Part shown: piece by piece, positions 14,106 to 27,986 of the stretch
Position numbering within the stretch: position 1 is the first letter of the stretch
How the letters are laid out: each line of letters starts with the position of its first letter
NCBI GenBank assembly: GCA_052327205.1
Contig: CM126222.1
Location: 54,498,001-54,562,000, forward strand
Direction of reading: 5' to 3'
Length of the DNA: 64,000 bases
Source: Somniosus microcephalus
Taxonomy: Eukaryota
The notes under the pieces: generated by a model
Database searches by the model: none
What the model was told of the DNA's origin: nothing
Seen by the model: the letters and a program-made list of their open reading frames with translations, nothing else
Position numbers and translations under genes: made by a program

Positions 14106-14144
14106 GTATGCAACTTCCTGGTACAATGACTCATTGAATCACTT

Positions 14145-14880
14145 AGAAATTACATGGAAACACGCCATGCAGCCCAACCAAATCTGTGTTAGTGCCTACC
14201 CTTTACATAAGCAGTTGTCCTAATCCCATGTGCCCACCTTGTTTGCATATTTCCTTATCCCCCCCTTCGTTCAACCACCCATGTTGATGTGGTCTCTGCT
14301 TCAGTCATTAATTCTGGTATTGCATTGCACAGCCTCACACTCCTGTGTAAAAAAATTTGCCTGCTTTCTACCCTAAATCTCATATCTAATTTTATATCTC
14401 TGTCCCCTCATTCTCTGTGAACAGTCTGTTTCTATCTACAGGAAACTTTGTGCTATCTGGCACCGACTGGACCGAGCTGCTGCCGTACACTCCAAACTGC
14501 TGTACACTCCAGAGCTAATGTTGAAACATACGGAGATTTTTATCTCCATATGAATCAACAAACCCTGTTGCTTAGCAACAGCCTCTAAACAGTCGGCAAG
14601 CATCTCTGTAGCGTCTGTAGCTGAAGCTGTTGCTTAGCTACAGACCTTGCACAGCTTGACTGTTCAAAAAAAGCCAAGAAAGGAATAAAAAACGGCTCCT
14701 GATTTTTGCCGGTGGCTCCAGCTTGCCTGACGGTTCGCCTCTGCATAACTCAAAGTTTCCTGTACGTCGGCCCCATCCCTTCATAATTGTAAACTCCTCT
14801 ACCAAATCGCCCCGTAATCTCGCCTGTTCTAATGAAAACAGACCCCAAATTTTCAAGTCTTTCCTCTTATTCAAAGAAAA
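14145..14880 (-). mobile_element. Degenerate CR1 3' fragment hosting a MITE
   Basis: Minus ORF LFSLEQARLRGDLVEEFTIMKG is the CR1 ORF2 C-terminus; interrupted at 14439-14762. Confidence 0.7.
14439..14762. mobile_element. Tc1/mariner MITE family A, copy 2
   Basis: TA|CAGGAAACTTTG...CAAAGTTTCCTG|TA; same orientation as the 12487 copy. Confidence 0.88.
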
Positions 14881-14994
14881 TGTGCTTTTGAAATTTAACA
14901 AAAGGCCTGTCCCGAACAGTACCATTGCGACATCGATGGATTAATTTAGGCCCCTTGCACAGTGCCTCAGTGGCGCAACACTGATTTGTCAATA

Positions 14995-15560
14995 CAGGTA
15001 GACTATCCTTTATCTGAAAACCTCGGGACCAGCCGTGTTTCGGTTTTCGGAAAATTTCGAATTTCGGAAGGTATTTTATAAGACTGGGAAATTTGTCGGG
15101 GGTGGGCCGGCGGGGGTCATGGTCGGCGGTGGGGGGGGTCGGGGTCGGGGGGGGTCGGCGGGAGTCGGGGTCAGCGGGGGGGTCGGCGGGAGTCGGGGTC
15201 GGCGGGGGGGTCGGCGGGAGTCGGGGTCGGCGGGGGGGTCGGCGGGAGTCGGCGTCGGCAGGGGGGTCGGCGGGGGGGTCGGCAGGGGTCCACGGGGGGG
15301 TCGGCGGGGGGTTGGCGGGGGTCGGGGTCGGCGGGGGGGGTCCGCGGGGGGTCGTCGGCGGGTGGTCGGCGGGGGTCGGGGTCGGCGGGGGGTCGTCGGC
15401 GGGGGTCGGGGGTCGTGCGCACGACTTACGCTGACCCTCTGCTCAGCGTAAGTCGTGCGCCACTCTGGTCATGTGCGCACGACTTACGCTGAACGAAAAA
15501 AACCTTCGGTTTTTAGAGGGTTTCGGTTTTCGGAAGTTCGGATAAAAGGTAGTCTACCTG
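14995..15560. mobile_element. Tc1/mariner MITE with internal G-rich minisatellite
   Basis: TA|CAGGTAGACTATCCTTTATC...GATAAAAGGTAGTCTACCTG|TA; (GGGGTC/GGCGGG)n at about 15095-15415. Confidence 0.85.
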
Positions 15561-16258
15561 TACTTAGTATAATGACATTGTTGGATGCGCATGAATTTAC
15601 AATTCTTCATAAGGTGAGTTGCAGATATCAACTTGGCTCTAACAAGGGATTGCTGAAAAAAGGTGAGGAGCCTCAACACAGCGAGAGAAACTATTAGAGG
15701 GCGAGTTTATCTGGCCTCTGTCACATGCCTCTTTGTTGCTGGGGTACTTGGCAACAATGCAGAGACCTGGAAGCTGGCTGACTGGCTACTACCTTTTTGG
15801 CCAGGAAGTTAGAGTACAGGTTTCCCATCAACTGAAACCCATTATAACTGGAATGCTTGCCTTGCTTCCCAAATGGAAAATGGAGAATTTTTTTTTAGAA
15901 ATAGCATATCCAAGGCAACCCAATAGCGCAAGAGACAGCACACTTACCTCTAATCCAGAGAGTTACAAGCCTGAAGCCCTGCTACATGAGGTCTGTATTA
16001 GTCAATAGGAGAACCGCTACAAAATGAGATGATCCATTTTGGAGATGGGAACAACTGACATCTTTGAATTGTGCATCTTATTGACAGTTTGCGGCATGAC
16101 GTGCAAGGTTCTGAAACCTAAGATAGGCTGAAGTACAATGCAGGGCGGTGAATTTTTGCCCAGCAGTTTGTCTTCGCATTGGCCCATTGTCGGAACAAAC
16201 ACTGCTGTACCAAAACCCCCTTAAACGCTGTATTTGGTCCAAATGATTAAAGTATTAA

Positions 16259-16540
<282 letters not shown>

Positions 16541-17324
16541 TAACCACAGATGCCTGATCTCGCTTGACCATTACGGGTTAGGTAACACAATTGGTGAAGA
16601 CTCAAAGCAGGATGAGTAAGCACATTAAAAGGGTGCCCTTGGGTTTGACACTACATTTTTTGTCACTTACACAATCAGACATTACATATGAAGTAAATTA
16701 TAATACAGCCTTCATCATAACCCCGTGCTGTAGGCACCATTGAGTATTGTGCTGGGGCAGTAGAGCTAGAAACACTGAGGTAAGTAAGATTATTCATTTC
16801 TCTCCCCTCCCCCTTTCCCAAATGTTACTTTGTATTATAAGGATGTGTTCCCTGTTTTTCTCCACCTCCCCCTGTGTATACCTCCTAAAGCTGAGGGAGA
16901 GATTACCTGCAAAATCTGGTCTCTCACTGGCCATGATATTTGGCTGCAACATTGATCTGTGCTTCTGTTGCTGTTCATGACTGGGAGAGTGGGTGAGCTG
17001 GAATAGCAATAACATAAAGTAAATTACTTTGTCTGGTAACAGTGTGATCATTCACACTTTGATTTTTATCATTTTATTTGATGGGAATATTGGGGGGCGG
17101 TTGCATTTATATCCCCTTTTCCTTTGTCTGCCTGGCCTGAAAGGGGAGGCACAGAGCCCCACTCTTGGCCCCGGCAAATACTCCTTGTAACCACTGGCAT
17201 CAGGAACCACCAAGATGTATCATAGATGGCAGTCATTGCCAACCAACCCAGATCAGCACAATCACAAACTGAGTGGAGTGCACACTTTGACTTATAAAAG
17301 CTTAGCTGATGGTGAGTCTCCCCC

Positions 17325-17678
17325 GCAGCACGGTGGCATAGTGGTTAGCACTGTTGCCTCACAGCGCCAGGGACCCGGGTTCGAATCCGGCCTCGGGTGA
17401 CTGTCTGTGTGGAGTTTGCACATTCTCCCCGTGTTTGCGTGGGTTTTCTCCGGGTGCTCCGGTTTCCTCCCACAGTCCAAAGATGTGCGGGTTAGGTTGA
17501 TTGGCTATGATAAATTGACCCTTAGTGTTAGGGGGATTAAAATATGTGGGGTTACGGGGATAGGGTGGGATATGTGTTGGTGTAGGGGTTACGGGGATTG
17601 GGTGGGATATGTGTCGGTGCAGGCTCGATGGGCCGAAATGGCCTCTATCTGCACTGTGGGGTTTCTGTGATTTCTGTG
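17325..17678 (+). mobile_element. HE1-like V-SINE
   Basis: A box tggcatagtgg, B box ggttcgaatcc, V domain tgtggagtttgcacattctccccgtg..ctccggtttcctcccacagtccaaag, CR1-like tail. Confidence 0.9.
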
Positions 17679-18059
17679 AAATTGACTTTTTGCAGCCCAT
17701 TCAAATAAGTATTACGTCTACCCAAGAATGAGAGCCAACTGTCAAAAACACCCATAAAAGCTCCAAACAAAAGCCTCATAAATGTACTTTGCAATAAAAT
17801 CTGTTAATGGGGACCACCTGCCACATGTAACCACAACTACATATTTCTGATCCCAGTTATGATTTTATAATTAGATTTTTTTTTTAAACACACGTCCATC
17901 GGAAACTTGCATGATCAGCACGTGGCTGAGGACTGCTTCCAAATGGCTATTGCAAAGCACTCAAAGAGCGGCGGCTGCTGTTGATAAACAATGGTAGAGG
18001 GATTTAGTTTGTTCAAATCTCATTTTACTTCACAGCTGTGCAGAGGGACCACCTACAAC

Positions 18060-19413
18060 TAAGAACTGATTCTGCAGCAGCCGTGAATGGTCAGTGTTGA
18101 CTGACGTCACTGTATGAAAACAACCCCCCCCCCCCCCCGCCGCCGCCCTCCCAACCCCATGTTGCAAAACTGCTTCAGGGAAGTTCACAAAGTTGAGATA
18201 AATATCCCCAATGATCTAACTACCTCGAGTTTCTGCTGTACCGCCTTTGTAAGTGTCTGGTGATTCTCCTCGCATTTGTGCTCATGGGTGGCGGGATGGA
18301 TTAAAGAGCACAGGAGACATTCCTTGTGTTTGATGAATAGGGTGGGCTGGATTCAGATGAGGGGAAAATGGGCATGGTCCTGCTGTACTTCTTGGATTGG
18401 CCAATGTGTGGATTGTAAATTCTTACTTCTTGTATTTCCAGGAACGCTTGGATTTTCCAGCGCAGATGGAGATGTGAAGATTAAAAAGCGCCCTGCCAAG
18501 CACGGCCTGGTATCTAGCAGTGCAGTGAAAAAGATTGAGAAGCTCCCAGCAATTAAGAAAAAAGGACTGAAAGCAGGAGAAAAGACTAAAAAGCTGAAGA
18601 ACACCAAGGGGGGAGCAGAGGTGACAATTTGGCGCCGTTTTGAATCTGATCTGCGGCCCCTGCTGCATGGTGAGAGATTATTTCCCAGTGACTCTTCTGT
18701 ACCTGCACAAATGGCATCTAGAAGTCAGGCCAAGAAGGGCCCAGCTAACAGGTGTAAAAATGTCACCAGAAAAAGCAAAGTACTGCAGGCTACTTTCAAG
18801 GTAGGTTTAGAATAAGCAATGCAGGGGCACTTCAAATCCAAACTAAATGTTCTGCATCGTTCTGTGACTTTTGTGCATTAGCAAACGTTCTGTGACTCCA
18901 GGCATTTTACTGATTAGTTGTTTCACCTTAAAGGTTTCAATAATTTTCAGTTTTATTTCAAAGCGGTACTCTCCCTTAACCAGTTCCATTATCACTACTC
19001 GGTTTTACCCTTTCCCCATACAAAATATATATCTTCAATTTTTTTTTTTTTTTAAGTCCCCTATAATATTTCCAGTTTCAGTCTCTCGACCACTTTACTG
19101 CCCTTGTTCAACCGACAGACTGGAACAGTATTAACTACAGTCACGTCTCCAGCTGCCGTCATTGTTTCTTCATGGCAGGTGACATCCTGCCACCCATGAG
19201 CACAAATGTGAGGAGAATCACCAGACACTTACAAAGGCGGTACAGCAGAAACTCGAGGTAGTTAGATCATTGGGGATATTTATCTCAACTTTGTGAACTT
19301 CCCTGAGGCGGTTTTGTATCATGGGGTTGGGAGGGCGGTGGGGGGGGGATTGTTTTCATACAGTGACGTCAGTCAACACTGACCATTCACGGCTGCTGCA
19401 GAATCAGTTCTTA
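18060..19413. repeat. Long inverted repeat (arms 18060-18298 and 19183-19413) flanking exon E
   Basis: Arms are reverse complements with 8 substitutions plus a length difference in a C/G tract. Confidence 0.97.
18442..18800 (+). CDS. BAHCC1: BAHCC1-like coding exon E
   Basis: tttccag|GA...AAG|gtaggt; 359 nt, phase 1->0; SSADGDVKIKKR...NVTRKSKVLQATFK resembles recalled SSPESEVKIKRR...RATRKGTVLQPVLR. Confidence 0.88.
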
Positions 19414-19882
19414 TTTGCAAAGCATGATGGGTTTCCTTGAGGATTGATTCTTTCCCGAGACACAGTGCTGTCACCGCACACACCTCAATCACTGACCAGC
19501 AACACTCATCCATTGAGGGAAGCCAAATCTGAATGTTAGTTAATGTGTCACTAAAAATTCAATTTAGAATTGTACTTTTTACCTCAGCCCTGTAGTCTCT
19601 CCCCTCCCCCCACTTTAAGTCCTATGTCACATGTGACAATAGCAGGACAGATTTCCCTCTGAATTTTCCCGACTCCCAACTGTTCGAGCAGCAGTCCTCA
19701 ATTCTGTGTTTTGCTGCGATAGCTCAGCCATGACCGGAGGCTAGCAGTGCAGGGACTCTCTGGCATAAACCCAAGGCCTGCTACTGTGCGATACAGTGTA
19801 TTACTACAGCAGTCTGCTGTGCTTATACGATTGCCAGAATCTTAAAGCTAAACTGCCTGCAATGCAACAAAAAAATGAAATA

Positions 19883-20215
19883 CAGGAAACTTTGGTTTAT
19901 CCGGAGGTTATATGTCCGGAATACTTGATCTAACGGCAAAAATCAGGAGCCGTTTTCTATAAGTTTTTTTAGTTCTGGTTGCTTTTTTTTCCCAGTCAAG
20001 CACTGCAAGGCCTGTAGCTATAGCAACAGCTTCAGCTAGAGACGCTTGCAGCTGCAGCCGAGTGTTTTGAAGCTGTTGCTAAGCAACAGGGTTTGTTGAT
20101 TCATACGGAGCTTTTCAGTTCCGTATGTTTCAACATTAACGCTGGTATATCCGGCACTTTTGATGGTACGGCACCAGCTCGGTCCCGTCCGTGCCGGATA
20201 TCAGAAAGTTTCCTG
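19883..20215. mobile_element. Tc1/mariner MITE family A, copy 3 (inverted relative to copies 1-2)
   Basis: TA|CAGGAAACTTT...AAAGTTTCCTG|TA; interior is the reverse complement of the 12487 copy. Confidence 0.88.
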
Positions 20216-20286
20216 TAATAGCATTTTAAAAGTTTCACCAACATTTTTTTGTAAACAATTGCACGTCTGCATGCTGTAGGTATATA

Positions 20287-20977
20287 AGGGCTGATTTCAG
20301 CATGGGGCAGGAATTGGTGGTGCGGGGGCCGAAGCAGGCAGAGAAACCCCCTCCCCACCCCCGACCCCCAGATTTTAACTCCATTTACAAACCACGACTC
20401 TTGACACTGCCTGAAGCTGGCGGGAATGACATCACCATTGGCAGGTAGGCGGGATCAAAATTGGCGGGGAGCAGAGGGGGAGGGTCAGGCCGTTGCCCGG
20501 GAACCATGGAAACAATCCCCAGCAAGGTAAGCAATGATTGGTGGGAGGGAGGGGGGGGGCGGGGGTTGACAAATCCGCGATCGGGGAGATGGGTTGAATT
20601 CCAGGGCAGGGAAGGCCCAAGGTGTACTTGTGGCCAGGAGGAACATTCCTGCTGCTCCTGGCACACTAGGAAACTTCAAAAATAAAATCACTTACCTGGG
20701 CCACCCGTGGCCAAATCCTTGCTGCCTCCAGCTTTCACTCGCAGGTCAGAGACCGTGCGAGCCTCGGGTCAGGCCTGTGGTTAAAATAGCGTGTGTGTCC
20801 CAATGACGTCATCGCACATGGCACTGCTGTTGAAATTAGGCCACCGGTGGCCTTCCCGTGCCTGAATTTAGACAAGTAAAAATTTCTGGGGAACACAGTG
20901 CGAATCCCATCCCCTGCCATCCTGACCCCTACCCACATTGTTCCCACTGATGGGGGGGGGGGGTTAAAATCGGCCCT
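20287..20977. mobile_element. PIF/Harbinger-like MITE
   Basis: ATA|AGGGCTGATTT...AAATCGGCCCT|ATA; 3-bp TSD. Confidence 0.75.
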
Positions 20978-20994
20978 ATAGATTTGATGTACAT

Positions 20995-21395
20995 TAAAAT
21001 ATCCCTCAAATTTAAAATTCTTGCCCTTACCTTTAAATGGGCTGCTCCCCATCCCCATTTCTATAACCTACTGCAACCCCCCGGAACTCCCTGTTACTCT
21101 GACTCCAGCCACTTGGGTATTTCTTTCCCTTCACCCCCACCATTGGTGGCCATGCTTTCAGCCACCTCAGTCCCACTCTCTGGAATTCCCTCCCTAAACT
21201 ACTCTGCCTTACCACCTCCCTTTCCTCCTTCAAAAGCCTCCTTAAAATTCACTTCTTTGACCAAGCTTTTGGTCCTTCCTCCATATATCTCCATTTTTAG
21301 TTCAGCGTTCATTTTTCCTCAAATCCATGTGAAATGCTTTGAGATGTTTTTCTACGTTAAAAGTGCAATATAAATGCAAGTTATTGTTGCTGTTG
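20995..21395 (+). mobile_element. L2-type LINE 3' fragment
   Basis: FKILALTFK-like coding remnant; tail gtgcaatataaatgcaagttattgttg. Confidence 0.75.
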
Positions 21396-22567
21396 TGCTT
21401 GATAATAATTGTGTCCTTTGCTCCAGTCTACAGCAAGGAGGCTGGCTTCCATGTCTGTCTGTCTTGTCCGTGACTGTGGACGTATTCATTTTTGGTTGCA
21501 GTTTATTTGACGGCAAATTCTTAAAATATTTATTTGTTTAAAAGTCTCACTGCTTCGAACTGAGCACAGAGTGCTGAGGTGTAATGGTGAACTGAATCAT
21601 GTGATGGCATATTTGTGGTAGACTTTACTCCGTGCGCACCAGCAACATTTTCATCTTAAAAATAAATACGTTTTAAAAACCACCTTCAAATAATTAGCAG
21701 CCAAAATTGAGCCGGCTGTCTGTATAGCAGAGGGAGAGCGAAGGCGTAGAAGTGAGATCAGATCCTCTTGCAGATAAACAAAATATGTGGCTACTATTGA
21801 GTATATTTCTAACTGCACTAACTTTAGAGGTGAAATACCTCAATATAGTGTTTCCGTGCGAGTACAAACCAGAATTTCCCATTTTGTACTTCAGCTGAGT
21901 ATTTCAATGGGCAAAGTTCTGACATATGGTAATATTTTAAAGTTGTGTTCATTTTAAAACTTGCATAATTTTATGTCGCTCTGTGGCTTTAAATCACTGA
22001 ATGTATGCAAAATAATTAGTGCAGATGTTAGATGACAGAAACCAGCCTGTTTCGTATACTCCAAGTAATACCGACCCTTGCCAGGAGTTTTACATTAGGA
22101 GGTTCTTCACAGACTTGTCACGGGCTTTGTAACATTTGCTCTTCATTTTGATATAATTAGTATATTTCATGGATTAGTTGTTGCACTAGTGCCGGGCCCT
22201 CACCTTACATCACTGTGGTCAAAACATTAAGTTCCAGCAATCCGTCAGAAATAGGAGTAGCTTAAAGACTTATCAGCTAGGCTTTCAAGACGGATCATAC
22301 CATCATCAGAAAAACTGACTCCATCATTTGCTTCAGTAGACACACAACTTGCAATGTGGCAAACCTCCTAATCCCATTAGCTCACAATCCTCCTTTCAAT
22401 GATGGGAGAGGTAACAGTGGGAGTCATGAGGAATAACGAACCATCATTAGTCAAATAACTCCAGTGTGTATGTAACCCTTTGAGTACTAAGAGAAAATTT
22501 GAATGCCATTGTGGAAATTGAGCAAAATTACAGTTCATGTTGTTCTGAAAATATTGCAACAGAAGGA

Positions 22568-22790
22568 ATAAGAACATAGGAATTGCTAGATGAAAAAAGA
22601 CGACGGTCCATCGAGTTCGTCTTCCACCATCCTAGTGGTTACACACTATAATGGGAGTTGTTGACTAATCATAGCAATCAGACTCTGTATCAATTAGTCT
22701 ACAACAGACCCAGAAATGACACAAGAAAAACCTTAGTGGTAGAGACCTTTGGGAACCACAGGTCCAAAGTCACCTTTTCCTCCCAAGCAG
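22568..22790 (-). mobile_element. CR1-like 3' UTR fragment
   Basis: aagaacataggaa tail followed by a UTR-like stem. Confidence 0.45.
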
Positions 22791-23414
22791 GCTATCAAGA
22801 ATGTTCTTTGCTTCTGTCCATTCCTGTAACTCTTTATTAGAATTTGTGGACAATTGGTTTTGCTGATTTAGTATAATAGAGCATGTACATGTAATTAGAC
22901 ATTTGTAAATATTCAATACTCACATGGTTAAAGAAGGCACAGCTATGGAACAGTTGACTGCTATGGTGTGACTGAATGTGCTCCCAAGTCAAATGAGGTG
23001 CACTGGACTGCAATTTTCTATTTTACATTAGTAGCCGCAAAGCCCTTTTCACTCAATTTGTGAACCTGAAGAATGCAACATTTACATTGGTGCATGCCTT
23101 AAGAGAAGAACTTTAGCCAGCTAGCTCCTGCTGTGTCGCCGCATGACCACCTTGTTACCTTTAGTCAGGGGGCACAGATCAGATGGGCATCGTCCTCATT
23201 TTTGGTCTACATTTGCTTGTATAACTCATGGCTGGAGAGAGAGTTTTTTCCACTGGTATGAATGGCTGCTTGTGTCTCACTCGATGACTCCATCCTAGAT
23301 TCACTCTGGAACAATACCTTTCTGTAAATGAGGCTTCCAAGTGGGATTTGATTTTAACTTTGTAATTGAATCCAGGCCTTGTGGACTGACCCACTTTTGT
23401 TTTTCCCACATTAG

Positions 23415-23513
23415 AAATCAAGTGGACTGTGCCTTTCACAAAAAGGAGGAACCCCCACTGACTATCAACGGAATAGGCTGAACAAGCTAAAGAGCAAAGT
23501 GCCAGTGAAAGAG
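23415..23513 (+). CDS. BAHCC1: BAHCC1-like coding exon F (not in ORF track)
   Basis: ttttgtttttcccacattag|AAA...GAG|gtgagg; 99 nt, phase 0->0; KSSGLCLSQKGGTPTDYQRNRLNKLKSKVPVKE sits where the recalled RKNGALS..RKLSKVKHKAGKQ segment is expected. Confidence 0.72.
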
Positions 23514-24548
23514 GTGAGGAGCCTGAGCAGGCAGCACGATTGAACTGTTGCAAACTTCCTCTGTAAATGGATCACTAGCCCTGAGTACACTGAAGAAACA
23601 GGAGCAGGTTCATTTTCAGCTACTATTTATTTGAATAAAATGCTTAAAAATTATTTGAAAAATACTGGGGCAAATCGTTGATGACGACTAAATAAGAACT
23701 GGTTCTGAATCAAATGGTGGAACACAAAGTTTGAACTGCCCTTTTGAAATGCACAAAAACTATTAAAGGTTGACATATCATTCTGAGCACAACACCAAAA
23801 ATTTGGTAATCTATTAAAATAACATTTTTTAAAAATTAATTGCTTGTTCACCTGTATAGTTTTGAAACCATGCATCTAAAGAGAATAGTGTTTGAAAATA
23901 TTAGATAACTAGACAGTTTTCCTATTGTGGTCTCATTCCTGAAAATGTATTAATCTTTCATAAAATATGTGATAATTACTAAGCGTTAGCATTGAATTAG
24001 ATGCAGAACCTGCAAAGTGTAGAATGGGATTAATGTTTGCAAATAACTACATTTTGCCCAGCTCGGATCCTTTAGCACTCTGCTTGCCTAGTTTTCTTGT
24101 GACCCTTAGCATGTATTGTGCCATCACTCTACTTCTCTCAGCAGTCATTTCCCATAATTTGCTTGAAGATATTAGAAAAAAACAGGCAACTTTTTTTTGT
24201 GAATTTGAAACATTTTTCTAGCTCCTTAATCAATTTACAGTCTAGTCAACAGCACCCAGTTCATTAAGGTAGTCTAATAAGGAGCACGCAAACCCTTCAA
24301 TCTAATATGTGTTGTCTATATGTTTGTGTACCTGGAGGAAAGCATCCAATCCTTGATGTTCTGGTTGGTCTGTGTGTGGTAGAGTTGATGTTAGTTTTCC
24401 CTGGTTGAACGATCTAGGGTAAAGAGATGAGGGCTCTACTAATGATCTGTGACATTATAGAGATAATACAAATATTTGTCTCAACAATATAATGGGGAAA
24501 TTAGTCCTTACTCCATGACAAGGGAAACTATTGTATCAACTGCTAAAG

Positions 24549-25235
24549 TTACATAGGATATACGGCACAGAAACAGGCCATTTGGCCCAACCAGTCCATG
24601 CCGAAATTTATGCTCCACTCGAGCCTCCTCCCGTCTTTCCTCATCTAACTCTATCAGCAAAACCCTCTATTCCCATCTCCCTCATATGGTCATCCAGCCT
24701 CCCCTTAAATGCATCTATACTACTTGCCTCAAGCACTCCCTGTGGTAGCGAGTTCCATGTTCTCACCACTCTCTGGGTAAAGAAGTTTCTTCTGAATTCC
24801 CTATTTGATTTCTTGGTGACTATCTTATATTGATGGCCTCTAGATATGTTCTTCCCCACAAGTGGAAACATTTTCTCTGTATCTACTCTGTCAAAACCTT
24901 TCATGATTTTAAAGACCTTTATTAGGTCACCCCTCAGCCTTCTCTTTTCAGGAGAAAAGAGGCCCAGCCTGTTCATCCTTTCCTGGCCGGTATACCCTTG
25001 CATATCTGGTATCATCCTTGTAAATCTTCTCTGCACCTTCTCCAGTGCCTCTATATCCTTTTTATAATATGGCGACCAGAACTGTACGCAGTACTGTGGT
25101 CTAACCAAGGTTCTATACAGGTTTAGCGTAACTTCACTACTTTTCAATTCTATCCCTCTAGAAATAAACCCTAGTGCTTGGTTTGCTTTTTTATGGCCTT
25201 GTCAACCTTTGTCGATACTTTGTCATTTGTGTATT
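24549..25235 (-). mobile_element. CR1 LINE 3' fragment
   Basis: ORF LYRTLVRPQYCVQFWSP..LEKVQRRFTRMIP..FFTQRVVRTWNSLP. Confidence 0.93.
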
Positions 25236-25341
25236 TGAGCTCAGATCTTTAGTTTCACATACACCTGAGTATTGGAGCCCCCAAAACCAAACCAAAACAA
25301 TGAATTCTCACCCTTAATAATTGGAGATTAATTAGGAATAA

Positions 25342-25812
25342 ACAACACCGACAACAACTTGCATTTATATAGCACCTTTAACGTAGTAAAATGTCCCACG
25401 GCGCTTCACAGGAGCGTTATCAAACAAAATTTGACACTGAGGCACATGAGGTATTACTTGGTCAAAGAGGCAGGTTTTAAGGAGTGTCTTAAAAGAGGGT
25501 AGAGAGGCGGAAAAGTTTAGGAAAGGAATTCCAGAGCTTAGGGCCTAGACAGTAGAAGACACGGCTGCCAATGGTGGAATGATTAAAATTGGGGATGCGC
25601 AAGAGGCCAGAATTGGAAGAGCGCAGAGATCTCGGAGAGTTGTGGGGCTGAAGGAGATTACAGAGATAGGGAGGGATGAGGCCATGGAGGGATTTGAAAA
25701 CAAGGATGAGAATTTTAAAATTGAGGCTTTGCCGGACTGGGAGCCAATGTAGGTCAGCAAGCACAGGGGCGATGGATGAACGGGACTTAGTGCGAGTTAG
25801 GATACGGCCAGG
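25342..25812 (-). mobile_element. L2 LINE 3' fragment
   Basis: ORF SIAPVLADLHWLPVRQ..FKILILVFKSLHG..PKLWNS; caacaacttgcatttatatagc tail. Confidence 0.9.
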
Positions 25813-25858
25813 TGGGCCTTTAATGTAATACCTGTTAGACTGACATTGGGAGCAGTAA

Positions 25859-26125
<267 letters not shown>

Positions 26126-26910
26126 TAAACCTACAGTTCAATATAAAGCAGGTGCCCATCGGAGAGCTTAATCAAGCTGCTTTTTTTTAAACTTGCAGAA
26201 ATGGAACAATCCAAGCATTTTATAAGACTTATACTCTGATTCTTCTCTACATCAAGAAACAAAGTAACGTATTATTGGAAGACAGCGTGATTTTAGTTAA
26301 AGATCAAATTGATCATACATCAGAAATTCAGAGACTTGCCACTTAAAGGGACAGTTCCTTGCAAGTTTCATAAATTGTCCAGATGCTAACAATAAAATGT
26401 TTCAGTAAAATTATTATACCTGCTTCATACAACATGCTTATCAATGCTAGCCTCACCCCTATTCCTAGACAATGCCAGGCTTTTGTCATGTGTGCGGTAA
26501 CCTGTACCTTATTGCAACTGATTTCTAATCAATACCCCAGTGGGAGATGAAGATTTACTCTAAATTATGTTGTTTTAAGTTTTAAAAAAGTTGAAACATC
26601 AACAAAAAGATATTTACATCATAACAAATGCAATTAGCAAACATGTCATAAATATCTCATTTGACAAGGCAAGTCAAAACCAAACCTTGTCTCGGTCTTT
26701 GGTTTCTTCTGTTTGCTTTTGACATTAACTTTTCTTGAAACCAATGTTTGGAAATGGAATAAGGCAATTCTTTATCAGTCCACTTGAGTAAAATAAGGAC
26801 AAGATTGGAGCAAATTAATCCAGTAAGGACAATTCTGTGCCAAGCCATTCCAGTGAATTAAGGACCCTAACCACACCAGTTCCTAACTTAAGTTCGACAT
26901 TGAACCATAG

Positions 26911-27075
<165 letters not shown>

Positions 27076-27986
27076 TAAGATGCAGTTTTTCTTTTGTTCC
27101 ATTTCACAGTAATTAGAGACTCATTCCTTGATATCCCTAACATTTTTTTTTTTAAAGGTTTTGCCTTGTTATGCAGGACTCCCCATGCAATCTAGTCCAC
27201 CTCAACCAGCTCCTCTAATTAATGGAACAACACTATCAGAAATCTGAGGCATGAAGTGGAAGAAGAGGTTTTGCCTAAAGCACTGTTAAAAACCCAGTTT
27301 CTCCTCAAAACTGAATTATAGAATTCAGATATGTACAATCTCGATCTATAGAATGAATCTGACCTGTATTTGAATGGTCAGTGAAACTTGTTGAACAAAC
27401 ATTTGCTGTTGAAGGTGTGTTACTGATTGTTATGGAGCTGAGCTGAGCTTATCATTTCATTTACTTCAGATTGGATTTTTTGACCATAGAATACAGAAAA
27501 ATGCTTATCAGTTAGCAATCACCTTGCTTTTATCTGGGGACCACAGAATTTCAGGTGGTTCCAAAACCTTCAAGGTCATTTGAAAAACGCCAACAGCTGA
27601 CAAAACTCAAGATTACAGCAGAAATGACCTGAACTGCATTGCATTCAGGCTTCCCAGTTCCCTGTAACTTAGTAACTGTGGTTCATGTGGACTGAGCAAT
27701 AGCAGCGGAAGCAGGGCCAAGGGCAGATTTATTCAGAAGAAGAGAAACTAATATCTTGTGTATGGTATGAAACAGGTGCCAACACAGCTATAAAAGAGTG
27801 ATTTATCTTATGTTTGCAGATATAAATATAATGAATTTAGTCTATTTTGGGGGGCTCTGGACTGAAGTTCCTGTCACTGGTTGCTGTCAGGCTCCAGATA
27901 TCAAAATGATCACCATCAGTCTGCCTGCTTGTTCTTTAACTCTTAAAATGGGCACCAGAGAAAGCTGATTATAGATGAGAGTAGTC

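Noticed and set aside
15035-15451. Gly/Arg-rich (RGG-like) ORFs
   Set aside because: Translation of the G-rich minisatellite inside a MITE; no splice context.
17325-17400. tRNA gene
   Set aside because: The A/B boxes are the head of an HE1 V-SINE and continue into the V domain.
22190-22320. Alternative candidate for the exon between E and G
   Set aside because: Runs into a stop with no good donor; 23415-23513 fits phase, splice signals and similarity better.
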